A stretch of 64,000 nucleotides of DNA from assembly GCA_036005125.1 (NCBI GenBank), contig DASYQV010000311.1, positions 5,618 through 69,617 of the forward strand. The letters run 5' to 3'. This document shows positions 54,073 to 64,000 of the stretch, one piece after another. The DNA comes from Vicinamibacterales bacterium. GTDB taxonomy: Bacteria > Acidobacteriota > Vicinamibacteria > Vicinamibacterales > UBA2999. The stretch's first letter is position 1. The number at the start of each line of letters is the position of its first letter. The notes beneath the pieces are model-generated. The model had not been told where the DNA came from, ran no database searches, and saw only the letters and a list, made by a program, of their open reading frames with translations. Position numbers and translations under genes: made by a program.

Positions 54073-55238
54073 TCGTCGCCGCAACGCGGACGCCGGTCGG
54101 CAAGGCACCAGGGGGATCGCTGCGCACGGTGCGGCCCGACGAGATGGCGGCCGCGGCGATCGGCGAGGTGTTGAAGCGCGCGCCCGGCGTCGAGCCGTCG
54201 GACATCGAGGACGTGGTCCTTGGATGCGCCATGCCGGAAGGCGAACAGGGACTGAACGTCGCCCGCATTGCCAGCCTGCGGGCGGGTGTGCCCGTCGAGG
54301 CCTCGGCCGTGACGGTGAACCGCTTTTGTTCTTCCGGCCTTCAATCGATCGCGTACGCCGCCGAGCGGATCATGTGCGGCTTCGGGCGCGCGGCCGTCGC
54401 CGGAGGAACCGAGTCGATGAGCATGGTGCCGATGGGCGGCAACAAGGTCTCGCCCAACCCGGCGCTGGTCGAGTCTTATCCCGACGTCTACCTCAGCACG
54501 GGCCTCGTGGCGGAGAATCACGCGCGCGAGAGCGCAATCTCGCGCGAGGAACAGGACGCCTTCGCGTTCCGAAGCCACCAGCGGGCGCTGGCGGCGATTG
54601 ACGCGGGTCGATTCCGCGAGGAGATCACGCCGCTCACCTTCAGCGTGCTCGAGCCGCCGGACGGCGGCCGCCCGCGTCGGACGCGTGAGGTCACCTTCGC
54701 GCAGGACGAGGGCCCGCGCCGCGACACCTCGCGCGAGGCGCTCGGGAAGCTCAAGCCCGCGTTCCACACGACTGGCACGGTGACGGCGGGAAACTCGTCG
54801 CAGACGAGCGACGGAGCGGCCGCGGTGCTCGTCACCTCGGCGGAGTTTGCCAGGGAGCGGGGCCTCACACCGCTCGGCCGCTTCGTCGGGTACGCGACGG
54901 CCGGCGTCGAGCCCGAGCGGTTCGGCGTCGGCCCGGTGCCGGCGATCCGGAAGGTCCTCAAACTCACGGGCCTGTCGCTCGATCAAATCGACCTCGTCGA
55001 GCTGAACGAAGCGTTCGCGGCACAAGTCCTCGCATGCCTGCGCGAGCTGCCGATCGATCCGGAGAAGCTGAACGTCAACGGCGGCGCAATCGCGCTCGGG
55101 CATCCGCTTGGCTGCACCGGCGCAAAGTTGACCACGACGCTCCTCTACGAGATGCGGCGCCGCCAGGCACGCTACGGTCTGGTGACGATGTGCGTCGGCG
55201 GCGGAATGGGAGCGGCAGGAATCTTCGAACGAGTGTAG
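54057..55238 (+). CDS. fadA: Acetyl-CoA C-acyltransferase (3-ketoacyl-CoA thiolase)
   Basis: NRFCSSGLQ (active Cys), [27 protein letters not shown]; ATG 54057 inside track ORF 53481..55238. Confidence 0.95.
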   Translation: MHEALIVAATRTPVGKAPGGSLRTVRPDEMAAAAIGEVLKRAPGVEPSDIEDVVLGCAMPEGEQGLNVARIASLRAGVPVEASAVTVNRFCSSGLQSIAYAAERIMCGFGRAAVAGGTESMSMVPMGGNKVSPNPALVESYPDVYLSTGLVAENHARESAISREEQDAFAFRSHQRALAAIDAGRFREEITPLTFSVLEPPDGGRPRRTREVTFAQDEGPRRDTSREALGKLKPAFHTTGTVTAGNSSQTSDGAAAVLVTSAEFARERGLTPLGRFVGYATAGVEPERFGVGPVPAIRKVLKLTGLSLDQIDLVELNEAFAAQVLACLRELPIDPEKLNVNGGAIALGHPLGCTGAKLTTTLLYEMRRRQARYGLVTMCVGGGMGAAGIFERV

Positions 55239-55246
55239 CTTAAACA

Positions 55247-55322
55247 GGAGGAAGGAGTTAGGAGATAGGAGTCAGAGTGACACGTGACACTCTAACTCCT
55301 GCCTCCTAACTCCTAACTCCTG
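55247..55322. repeat. GGAG-word heptamer hairpin (GGAGGAA GGAGTTA GGAGATA GGAGTCA - apex GAGTGACACGTGACACTC - TAACTCC TGCCTCC TAACTCC TAACTCC)
   Basis: Between fadA and fadE; the apex contains CACGTG, as in the 46364-46500 copies. Confidence 0.88.
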
Positions 55323-55344
55323 ATCATTGACCGAGGAGATCTCT

Positions 55345-57129
<1,785 letters not shown>

Positions 57130-57133
57130 CGCG

Positions 57134-57769
57134 ATGACGACCTCTGTGATGCCGCACGCGACCGGAGCCTGGAGGTTAGCGGCTCTTCTCGGCGTACTGG
57201 TCGTAGGCTGCTCGTCCGGGCCGGTTCCGGACGAGCGGTCGTACGTCGAACGCCTCACGGCCAGCCGCGCGGCCAAGGACCGCATGTTCCGCGAGTCCGC
57301 TGACTCTCCGATTCCACCGACCAAACGAGACGAGCTGCTGCCCTTGAGCTACTACCCGGTCGATCCCTCCTATAGTGTCCCGGCTGCGCTCAAGCTCGCG
57401 AACGAACGTCCCGTCTTCGAGATGCCGACATCGACCGGAACGATCCGCAAGTATCAGCACGTCGGCACGCTCGAGTTCTCGTACAAGGGTCAACCGTTCA
57501 GCCTCGGAGCCTTCACCGAGGCCGGGACCAAGCGGATCACGTCACTCTTCGTTCCTTTCGCGGATTTGACGACCGGGAAAGAAACCTACTTCGCCGGACG
57601 CTATCTCGACCTCGAGCCGACAGGAACCGGCATCTACGAGATTGATTTCAATCTGGCCTACAACCCCTACTGCGCGTACAACTCAGGCTGGGAGTGCCCC
57701 TATCCCCCCTCGTCGAACCGGCTCAAGGTGCCCATCCGGGCCGGCGAGCGCATGAAGAGCGGCACGTGA
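57134..57769 (+). CDS. DUF1684-like lipoprotein
   Basis: Lipobox LVVGCSS; YYPVD, FADLTTGKETY, GRYLD, AYNPYCAYN..WECP. Confidence 0.75.
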   Translation: MTTSVMPHATGAWRLAALLGVLVVGCSSGPVPDERSYVERLTASRAAKDRMFRESADSPIPPTKRDELLPLSYYPVDPSYSVPAALKLANERPVFEMPTSTGTIRKYQHVGTLEFSYKGQPFSLGAFTEAGTKRITSLFVPFADLTTGKETYFAGRYLDLEPTGTGIYEIDFNLAYNPYCAYNSGWECPYPPSSNRLKVPIRAGERMKSGT

Positions 57770-58461
57770 CCGCCGCGCGCGCGTTACAGGCGATCATCCT
57801 CGACTTCGACGGCGTGATTGCGGACAGCGAGCCGCTGCATCTCCGCGCGTTCCAGGCGACGCTCGCCGATCACGGCCTGGCCCTCTCGGCCGATCAGTAC
57901 TATTCGCGCTACCTGGGCTACGACGACCTCGGGATGCTCGAGGCGCTCGCCAGGGACAGAAGCCTCGCGTGGAGTGCGCCCGAGCTCAAGGCGCTCGTCG
58001 CGGAGAAAGGCGTGCACCTGCAGGCGATGCTGCAGAACAGCTCGGTGCTCTTTCCTGGCGCCGCCGAGTTCATCCGCAGCAGCGCGGCGGAGGTACCGAT
58101 CGGCATCGCGTCCGGCGCGATGAAGCACGAGATTCTGCAGGTCATCCAGGCTGCGGGATTGGCTCCCTGCATTGCGCTCGTGGTTGCCGCCGGGGACACC
58201 CCCGAAAGCAAGCCATCGCCGGCTCCGTACCGGCTCGCTCTCGAAGGGCTCCGGGAACGGACCGGGCTCGACCTCGACGCGCGACGGTCGGTCGCCGTGG
58301 AAGACTCACGCTGGGGGCTCGCATCGGCGAGCGGAGCCGGGTTACGCTGTGTAGGAGTGACGAGCAGTTACCCGGCGGAGGAACTGCCGGGCGCCGAGCT
58401 GGTGGTCGGAGGGCTGGCGGATCTCACGCTGGACATGCTGCATCAGCTCTGTTCGTCGTGA
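57766..58461 (+). CDS. HAD-superfamily hydrolase (beta-phosphoglucomutase-like subfamily IA)
   Basis: DFDGVIADSE (DxDG), SGAMK, KPSPAPY, VEDS; GTG 57766 overlaps the upstream stop. Confidence 0.85.
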   Translation: MTAARALQAIILDFDGVIADSEPLHLRAFQATLADHGLALSADQYYSRYLGYDDLGMLEALARDRSLAWSAPELKALVAEKGVHLQAMLQNSSVLFPGAAEFIRSSAAEVPIGIASGAMKHEILQVIQAAGLAPCIALVVAAGDTPESKPSPAPYRLALEGLRERTGLDLDARRSVAVEDSRWGLASASGAGLRCVGVTSSYPAEELPGAELVVGGLADLTLDMLHQLCSS

Positions 58462-58465
58462 GCGT

Positions 58466-59341
58466 ATGCACAAAGCCCTTGTCGACGAGCTGACCGCCGC
58501 GAACAGTTCTGGCATCGGCCTCGCGCAGACGGCGCTGGTCATCGCACGAATCGAATATCCTCGCCTCGACCCCAATCCCTACCTCACACGGCTCGATCGC
58601 ATGGGCGACGCGGCGCGTCGAGCGATCGAACACCACATTGCGACGACCGGCGACACGTCGACGCTCGGCTGTGTGAACGGGCTCAACGCATATCTGTTCG
58701 GCGAGCAGGGATTCGTCGGCAACGAAGAAAAGTTCGAAGACCCGCGCAACAGTTGTCTGAACGAAGTGATCGAGCGGCGGACCGGCATTCCGATCACGCT
58801 GTCGCTCGTCTACATGGAAGTGGCCCAGCGCGCGGGGCTGCACGTCGACGGGGTGAACTTCCCGGGCCATTTCCTCGTCCGCTGTCCGCAGACCGGCCGG
58901 GAATCGGGCGTGGGGTTGATCATCGATCCATTTAACGGCGGCGCGCTGCTGTCGGAACAGGACTGCCGCGTGCTGCTGCAGCGCCATGTCGGTTCGGAGG
59001 TCGCGTTCGACAAGGCACTGCTGATGCCCGCCACGCGCACGCAGATCCTGCTGCGGATGCTGCTCAATCTCAAACGCATTTACGTCCACATGCGGTCGTT
59101 CCCGCAGGCGCGAGTCGTCACCGAGCTCCTGCTCGCGTTGAGCCCCTCGGCTCTGAGTGAACTGCGCGACCGCGGTCTTCTCGCCTATCACCTCAACGAT
59201 CTCACCGGCGCGCTGCGCGACCTGCAGGCGTACTTGAAGCTCTCGAGCATGAGCGAGATGGACGATACGGCCCGCGAGGAACACGAGCAGATCTGGGAGC
59301 ACGTCAAGACTCTGCGCCGCCGGGTTGCGTCCTTGAACTAG
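58466..59341 (+). CDS. SirB1/YchA-like transglutaminase-like + TPR protein
   Basis: LNAYLFGEQGFVGN, DPRNS.LNEVIERRTGIPITLSLVYMEVAQRAGL, GVNFPGHFLV, TPR-like C-terminus. Confidence 0.7.
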   Translation: MHKALVDELTAANSSGIGLAQTALVIARIEYPRLDPNPYLTRLDRMGDAARRAIEHHIATTGDTSTLGCVNGLNAYLFGEQGFVGNEEKFEDPRNSCLNEVIERRTGIPITLSLVYMEVAQRAGLHVDGVNFPGHFLVRCPQTGRESGVGLIIDPFNGGALLSEQDCRVLLQRHVGSEVAFDKALLMPATRTQILLRMLLNLKRIYVHMRSFPQARVVTELLLALSPSALSELRDRGLLAYHLNDLTGALRDLQAYLKLSSMSEMDDTAREEHEQIWEHVKTLRRRVASLN

Positions 59342-59640
59342 CCGCCCTGAGCATTTCGAGCGCCATCGGTTCTCCAGTCGTCGGACACGAATCACGCGGC
59401 GCTGTCTCAACAGTGGGCACCACTCGATTGGAATCTTCGGTGTGAAAGCCGACGTGGCCTGTCGCGGCTCGGCACGACTATCGTTCAGGCAGCAGCTCCC
59501 AGCGGTCTTGCGGCACGTTAGCTGTCGCTTACCGGCTAACTGCCGAGCTGATGCCCGCAATCTCACACACATGGAGCAGGATGTAGCGGTGATCTGCCGT
59601 TGAGCGGGTCGTAATTACTCACCTCGACGAACCCGACACA

Positions 59641-61596
59641 ATGAATTTCGAGGCCCAGCCGTGGCATCCTTCCTGCTCCGGCCGCGGCATGCCCGACGGT
59701 CTTCGTCTTGGTTTCCTTGGAATCGTCTGCTTTTTTCTTTATTCGTTCCTGCCTGACCATAATCTCGGCGCGGCCGGTGCCAATGTGACGTGGACCAACC
59801 TCCTCAACGTCACCGTGAACGGGACGGTGCTGCAGAAGACCAACGGCTGCGACGGCTGCGACGATGCGGGCGCAACGTCCGAGGAGCAGCTGACGGCGGG
59901 CGATGGGTATGTCGAATTCACGGTCGGCGAGACCGGGACGATCTGGCTCGCCGGACTCAGCCATGGGAACGACGGCACCAGCTACGGCGACATCGACTTC
60001 GCTTTCAGCTTCAATGGCGGCGGGTCGGCCGAAATGCGGGAGAACGGCATCTATCAGTCCGAGACGACCTACGCGGCGGGCGACACATTCCGCGTCGCCG
60101 TCGTCGGCGGCCGGGTCCAATACAGCAAGAACGGCACGCTGCTGCGTGAAAGCGAGAAGGTGCCGGAGTACCCGCTGCTCCTCGACGCCACGCTGCTCAC
60201 GGCCGGCGCCACGATTCACGATGCGGTCCTCGGCGCGACCGATCCACTTCCCACCGGTGAAGGCGTGCTGGAAAAAAGCGGATCCCCCGCGCGGCGCGCG
60301 AGATTCACCCGTGCGCAGATCGAGGCGTTTCTCCCTCCGAATGGCGCGAAGGGCACATTCACGTTTCCCGCTCCCTACAACACAACCGGCGTCCGGCTCA
60401 CGAACAAGGATGACTGCGCGGAGGGTCAGGATTGTCTCTGGTACGTCGGGTACTCGTACTGGCGCAACACCAACAATCACGTCGGCAGCGCCTACATGTA
60501 CATCTTTCTCGGAATGGACAACAATCGGGGCGGAGGGGGGCCCACGCTGCTCCGTTACAACAAGAGCACCGATGAAGTGCAGAACCTCGGTCCCCTGTTC
60601 GGTCCTGAGAGTCCGTACAGCTACAGCACCGGCGAAGGATGGTACTTCAGCGCAACCCTTCCCACCCGGTTGTACACGTACATGGTCGGGTCACCCCAGC
60701 TTCGGCGGTACGACATCCTCACCAGACAGTTCGAGACGATGCCGGCGCTGGACTTGTCGCAGTGTCCGCGTCCGGAAGTATGTCCGGTCGATGCCGCCTC
60801 GATCATCCAGCCGCATTCGAGCGACGACGACGCGGTGCATTCGGCCACCGTGCAGAACGCGGACTGGCAGCGCACCGGCTGCGTCGTGTACCAATCGGCC
60901 TCGCAGCGTTTCGGGTACTACGCCACATCGGCCGGCCACGCGCTCGATGAATGCCACGTGGACAAATCGGGCGGCTGGCTGGCGCTGCTCGAAACTGCAT
61001 CCGACGGCTCGCGTATCAATCGCATCCTCGACCTGCGCACGGAACTCATCACGACGATTCGGGACGTGGATGGAGCTCTCGGTCATCTCGACATGGGCTT
61101 CGGATATGCCGTTGGCGCGGACTCGTACAACCCGCACCCAAATGGGACGATTCTTCTGAAGTTTCCCGTACTCAGCGCGGAGCGGCCCATCGGGCCCGTC
61201 GTGCATTTCAACAAGCGCTGGGATCTGGTCGAGGCGAATCACGTGTCGCATGGCAACGCTACAGTAGGTCTCACCGCGGAATCCCAGTATGTGTGTGGGA
61301 GCAACGCGAGCCGCGTGGCCGATATGGCGGATGAGATCGTCTGCTTTCCGCTGGACGCGAACCGTAACAGCGACGGCTCGCTGGACGTGCTCGCCGTCGC
61401 ACAGGTGATGACCGATCTGGACGCCCTTGGCGGACGTGACGACAACGGGGATGATTACGAGCAGTTGCCGAAGGGGAACCTGGATGTGACGGGACGGTAT
61501 TTCATCTGGACAAGCAACCTGGGTGGCGATCGACTCGATGCGGTCCTCGTCAAGATTCCCGTCGATCGATTGAAGCCCGCTCGGCCGATCCCATAG
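59641..61596 (+). CDS. Hypothetical exported protein (N-terminal hydrophobic anchor, jelly-roll-like module, propeller-like C-terminal region)
   Basis: LRLGFLGIVCFFLYSFL hydrophobic segment; coding-like composition over 651 codons; no family recognised; start could be 59689. Confidence 0.6.
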   Translation: MNFEAQPWHPSCSGRGMPDGLRLGFLGIVCFFLYSFLPDHNLGAAGANVTWTNLLNVTVNGTVLQKTNGCDGCDDAGATSEEQLTAGDGYVEFTVGETGTIWLAGLSHGNDGTSYGDIDFAFSFNGGGSAEMRENGIYQSETTYAAGDTFRVAVVGGRVQYSKNGTLLRESEKVPEYPLLLDATLLTAGATIHDAVLGATDPLPTGEGVLEKSGSPARRARFTRAQIEAFLPPNGAKGTFTFPAPYNTTGVRLTNKDDCAEGQDCLWYVGYSYWRNTNNHVGSAYMYIFLGMDNNRGGGGPTLLRYNKSTDEVQNLGPLFGPESPYSYSTGEGWYFSATLPTRLYTYMVGSPQLRRYDILTRQFETMPALDLSQCPRPEVCPVDAASIIQPHSSDDDAVHSATVQNADWQRTGCVVYQSASQRFGYYATSAGHALDECHVDKSGGWLALLETASDGSRINRILDLRTELITTIRDVDGALGHLDMGFGYAVGADSYNPHPNGTILLKFPVLSAERPIGPVVHFNKRWDLVEANHVSHGNATVGLTAESQYVCGSNASRVADMADEIVCFPLDANRNSDGSLDVLAVAQVMTDLDALGGRDDNGDDYEQLPKGNLDVTGRYFIWTSNLGGDRLDAVLVKIPVDRLKPARPIP

Positions 61597-61647
61597 CGGC
61601 TGACGATTGAAATCCGCGGGACCTCACAGGGCAGAGTCCTTGACTCG

Positions 61648-61932
61648 TCACTCCTGTTCCTCGACCACGCCGCGGCCGAGGCCCACCGCGGTCAGCTCCT
61701 GGCGACAGTATGCGGCCTGTCCCGACGTGACGTAGAAGACGGCCCCCATTCGCAACGTTCTGAAAAGAATGCTCCGCCCAATGGGTTCGACCTGCACCAC
61801 ATAGTCGACACCCACTGTGGTCAGCCGCTCTTCGACTCGTTTCGCCATGCGAAGCGTGCCGGAGACGAAAATCAGCTCCGGGTCGCGCAACTCCTCGGCT
61901 TCGATCCGTGCCATCCCTATGATCTGTAGCAT
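61648..61932 (-). CDS. Hypothetical small protein (94 aa)
   Basis: ORF with balanced composition, divergent from the dehalogenase gene; no motif recognised. Confidence 0.4.
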   Translation of the reverse strand: MLQIIGMARIEAEELRDPELIFVSGTLRMAKRVEERLTTVGVDYVVQVEPIGRSILFRTLRMGAVFYVTSGQAAYCRQELTAVGLGRGVVEEQE

Positions 61933-61955
61933 GATCCTGCGAACGCAGAGAGGCG

Positions 61956-62699
61956 ATGATGGACATGATCTCGCAGGCCGCCTTCGGCGCGAGCCTGAAC
62001 GCCGCGCAATCCTGCACGCTCGTCCGGCCCCCGCACGGTATCAAGGCCGTGGTCTTCGATGCGTACGGCACGCTCTTCGATGTCAGGTCCGTCGCCCGCC
62101 TTGCCGAGGAGCTGTTTCCGGGCCGAGGGGCGGCTCTGACGGACACATGGCGTACCAAGCAGCTGGAATACAGCTGGCTCGTGTCACTGATGGAGCGCTA
62201 CGAGGATTTCTGGAGCCTGACCGAGCGCGGGCTGCGGTTCGCCTGTCGCGTCCTTGGCTTGCCAGACGACGATGACAAACGGGCGCGTCTGATGGACGAG
62301 TACCTCCGGCTGGCGGTTTTCGAAGACGTGCAGCCGGCGTTCGCCCGGCTCGGCAACCTCCCCCGGACGATTCTCTCGAACGGTGCGCCCCGGATGCTCG
62401 GCGCGGTGATCGAGCACAACCGCCTCACCGGGGCATTGGCTCATGTCATCAGCGTCGACGAGGTCCGCGTCTTCAAACCAAGCCCGCGCGTCTATCGGCT
62501 GGCACCCGAGCGGCTGGGCATGCCTCCCGAGTCGATCGCGTTCGTGTCGTCGAACGCCTGGGATGCGCAGGGTGCGCGGGCGTTCGGGCTCTGGACGTGC
62601 TGGGTCAACCGCCGCGGCGCGGCGCTCGACGAGCTCGGCTTCGCTCCCGACGCGATTGTCTCGAGCTTGACCGAGCTCGCGGCGCTCGTGGCGGGATGA
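61956..62699 (+). CDS. Haloacid dehalogenase type II (L-2-haloacid dehalogenase family)
   Basis: VVFDAYGTLFD, TKQLEYSWL, FKPSPRVY, SSNAWD; ~26-aa N-terminal extension relative to typical members. Confidence 0.85.
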   Translation: MMDMISQAAFGASLNAAQSCTLVRPPHGIKAVVFDAYGTLFDVRSVARLAEELFPGRGAALTDTWRTKQLEYSWLVSLMERYEDFWSLTERGLRFACRVLGLPDDDDKRARLMDEYLRLAVFEDVQPAFARLGNLPRTILSNGAPRMLGAVIEHNRLTGALAHVISVDEVRVFKPSPRVYRLAPERLGMPPESIAFVSSNAWDAQGARAFGLWTCWVNRRGAALDELGFAPDAIVSSLTELAALVAG

Positions 62700-62777
62700 G
62701 AATTCTGCCGCTACTCGAGCACACCTCGACCGCCGATCGTGCTGCTTGCGAGGAGCTCGCCGCAGTCAGGCGGCGCC

Positions 62778-63041
62778 TTACTGACCATTTCTCGAGAGGT
62801 GTTCGAGCAGGTCGATAGCGGCACGGTTGGCGGCCAGCGCGGCGACAATCGCGTCGTCTTGCGCTTGACCGGCGGCGCCCATCGCTTGAACGGCGGTGCC
62901 CATCTCTTGAACGGCGGTGCTCATCGACTGAATGGCGCTCCCCATCGCTTCCCTCGCAATCTGCAAGGCGCGGAATGCCTCGTCATGAGCATCGAGGACT
63001 GCGCGCAGGTACCGATTGCTTTCCGGGTCCATGGGGGCCAT
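62778..63041 (-). CDS. Hypothetical small helical protein with four 7-aa repeats (xQxMxxA)
   Basis: REAMGSA IQSMSTA VQEMGTA VQAMGAA, encoded by four 21-nt tandem repeats (62871-62954); 36 nt downstream of the HhH-GPD gene on the same strand. Confidence 0.45.
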   Translation of the reverse strand: MAPMDPESNRYLRAVLDAHDEAFRALQIAREAMGSAIQSMSTAVQEMGTAVQAMGAAGQAQDDAIVAALAANRAAIDLLEHLSRNGQ

Positions 63042-63077
63042 GCATCACACTCGCTCGCGATTCTACCATCGTCATCC

Positions 63078-63722
63078 CTACTGGTGCCGCAGCCACTCGC
63101 AGTCGATCGCGAGCGGGCAGACGGCGCAGTGCGGCGAGGCCTCGGTGCACGTCGTGAGCCCGTGATGCGTGAAGTAGGTGGAGGCGGTCCGCGCCATTTC
63201 GAGATCGCCGCCGATCTCGGCCGCCAGCGCACGACGAACCGCGCGAAGAGCCCGATTGGCAGGAACCATCGCTTCGCGCGCGTCACCGCCATATCCGAGT
63301 CGACGGGCAACACGCAACGCAGGCTCGTCGAGGGGCACGAGCGGGTGAGCGCCCGCAAACAACAGCAGTCGAAGCGAAGACGCCCGTCCCAGGTGCGGGA
63401 CCTTGCGCGCCGCGCGTAGCGCCACCGGAAGTGGCGCACGCAGCGTCTCGGCCAGGCCCGGTTCCCGACGGAAAAGATCGACGCCGGCACGAAGCGCCTG
63501 GAGGCGCTCCTGTTTCATCGAGCCCGCGTGCGCGACGGCAGCATCGATCCTGCCCTCGGGCGCGCGCGCGAGCGCATCCGGCGTCAGCGCCGGCAGCCGC
63601 TTCAGCGCCGCGAAGCTCGCATCACGGCGAACAGGAGTCGTCCCGCGCTCCAGGACCTCCCAGACGTAGACGGCGAAAGGCTCGGATGGCGGCGTGGCCA
63701 GCGGGCCATAGAAAACCCGCAA
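63078..63722 (-). CDS. HhH-GPD / endonuclease III-like base-excision repair family protein with an Fe-S cluster loop
   Basis: C-terminal CTEASPHCAVCPLAIDC = C-x6-C-x2-C-x5-C, the EndoIII/MutY cluster spacing; helix-hairpin-helix-like middle region. Confidence 0.7.
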   Translation of the reverse strand: MRVFYGPLATPPSEPFAVYVWEVLERGTTPVRRDASFAALKRLPALTPDALARAPEGRIDAAVAHAGSMKQERLQALRAGVDLFRREPGLAETLRAPLPVALRAARKVPHLGRASSLRLLLFAGAHPLVPLDEPALRVARRLGYGGDAREAMVPANRALRAVRRALAAEIGGDLEMARTASTYFTHHGLTTCTEASPHCAVCPLAIDCEWLRHQ

Positions 63723-63751
63723 CCGTTCGAGCAGCCCCGAAAGCCGGGCCT

Positions 63752-63810
63752 GACGATTCGAGATTCGTGATTCGTGATTCGTGATTGTCCTTTCGTGATA
63801 GTCACGAATG
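63752..63810. repeat. GATTCGT-family heptamer run (4 units) ending in the small hairpin TTCGTGA-TAG-TCACGAA
   Basis: GACGATTCGAGATTCGTGATTCGTGATTCGTGATTG..TTCGTGATAGTCACGAA, between the EndoIII-like start and the M20 stop. Confidence 0.8.
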
Positions 63811-63813
63811 CCG

Positions 63814-64000
63814 TTACCCGTGGCCGTTCAGTGACGCAATCTCCTGATAGAGATACGCGGACGCGATGATGCCGTTGTGGAAGTTGCCGAGGTCGAGCTT
63901 CTCGTTCGGCGCATGGGCGTTCTCGTCGGGCAGACCGACACCGAACAGTACGCTCGGAACGCCGAGCTCCTCCTGGAAGGTCGAGACCACCGGAATCGAG
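63814..64000 (-). CDS. M20-family peptidase/dipeptidase, C-terminal 61 codons only (continues beyond the window)
   Basis: Manual translation of the minus strand: SIPVVSTFQEELGVPSVLFGVGLPDENAHAPNEKLDLGNFHNGIIASAYLYQEIASLNGHG*, stop = complement of 63814-63816; not in the ORF track because it has no start in the window. Confidence 0.6.
   Translation of the reverse strand, partial: SIPVVSTFQEELGVPSVLFGVGLPDENAHAPNEKLDLGNFHNGIIASAYLYQEIASLNGHG

Noticed and set aside
59342-61596. Horizontally acquired low-GC segment
   Set aside because: A hand count of GC in 60-nt lines gave about 55-65 percent for the gap and about 67 percent at the start of the gene. That is not clearly different from the rest of the window, and no mobility genes are present.

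Overview
High-GC (about two thirds G+C by eye) bacterial chromosomal window. Gene content and order suggest an Acidobacteriota-like organism, a guess I cannot verify here. Coding content is mostly core housekeeping: mutS2 (5' end off-window), dnaG-rpoD, one CAT-anticodon tRNA, a zinc-ribbon/RNase HI pair, pgeF, acpS, a radical SAM gene, and a complete minus-strand dcw cluster (mraZ-rsmH-ftsL-ftsI-murE-murF-mraY-murD-ftsW-murG-murC-ftsQ-ftsA-ftsZ, without murB/ddl). Also present: ychF, a seven-gene glycan/aminosugar cluster (GT4, three GT2, two SDRs, a DegT-type aminotransferase), yqeY, murJ, an MFS transporter, a rhomboid protease, a fused E1 alpha/beta 2-oxoacid dehydrogenase, an ABC-2 exporter, a TetR(FadR-like)-controlled beta-oxidation operon (fadN, two hydrolases, fadA, fadE) and several hypothetical secreted proteins. 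I see no rRNA, CRISPR array, transposase, integrase, prophage or recognisable defence system. The unusual part is the non-coding fraction. Most spacers longer than ~55 nt hold long hairpins whose arms are tandem heptanucleotide words. There are also at least three dispersed structured repeat families: a three-hairpin A-B-C mosaic in 4 copies, a two-hairpin REP-like unit at 3 loci, and a 31-nt hairpin unit found in tandem and nested inside another element. These elements interrupt the normally compact dcw operon, supply stop codons and C-terminal residues to flanking genes, and show tandem duplication and nested insertion. This repeat system is my best candidate for something undescribed; all functional interpretation of it is inference. 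Two classical regulatory sites are supported by sequence: three GTGGA MraZ boxes at 10-nt phase over the mraZ start, and an 11-2-11 palindrome upstream of the TetR gene. Many long ORFs in the supplied track are antisense high-GC artefacts and were not called.
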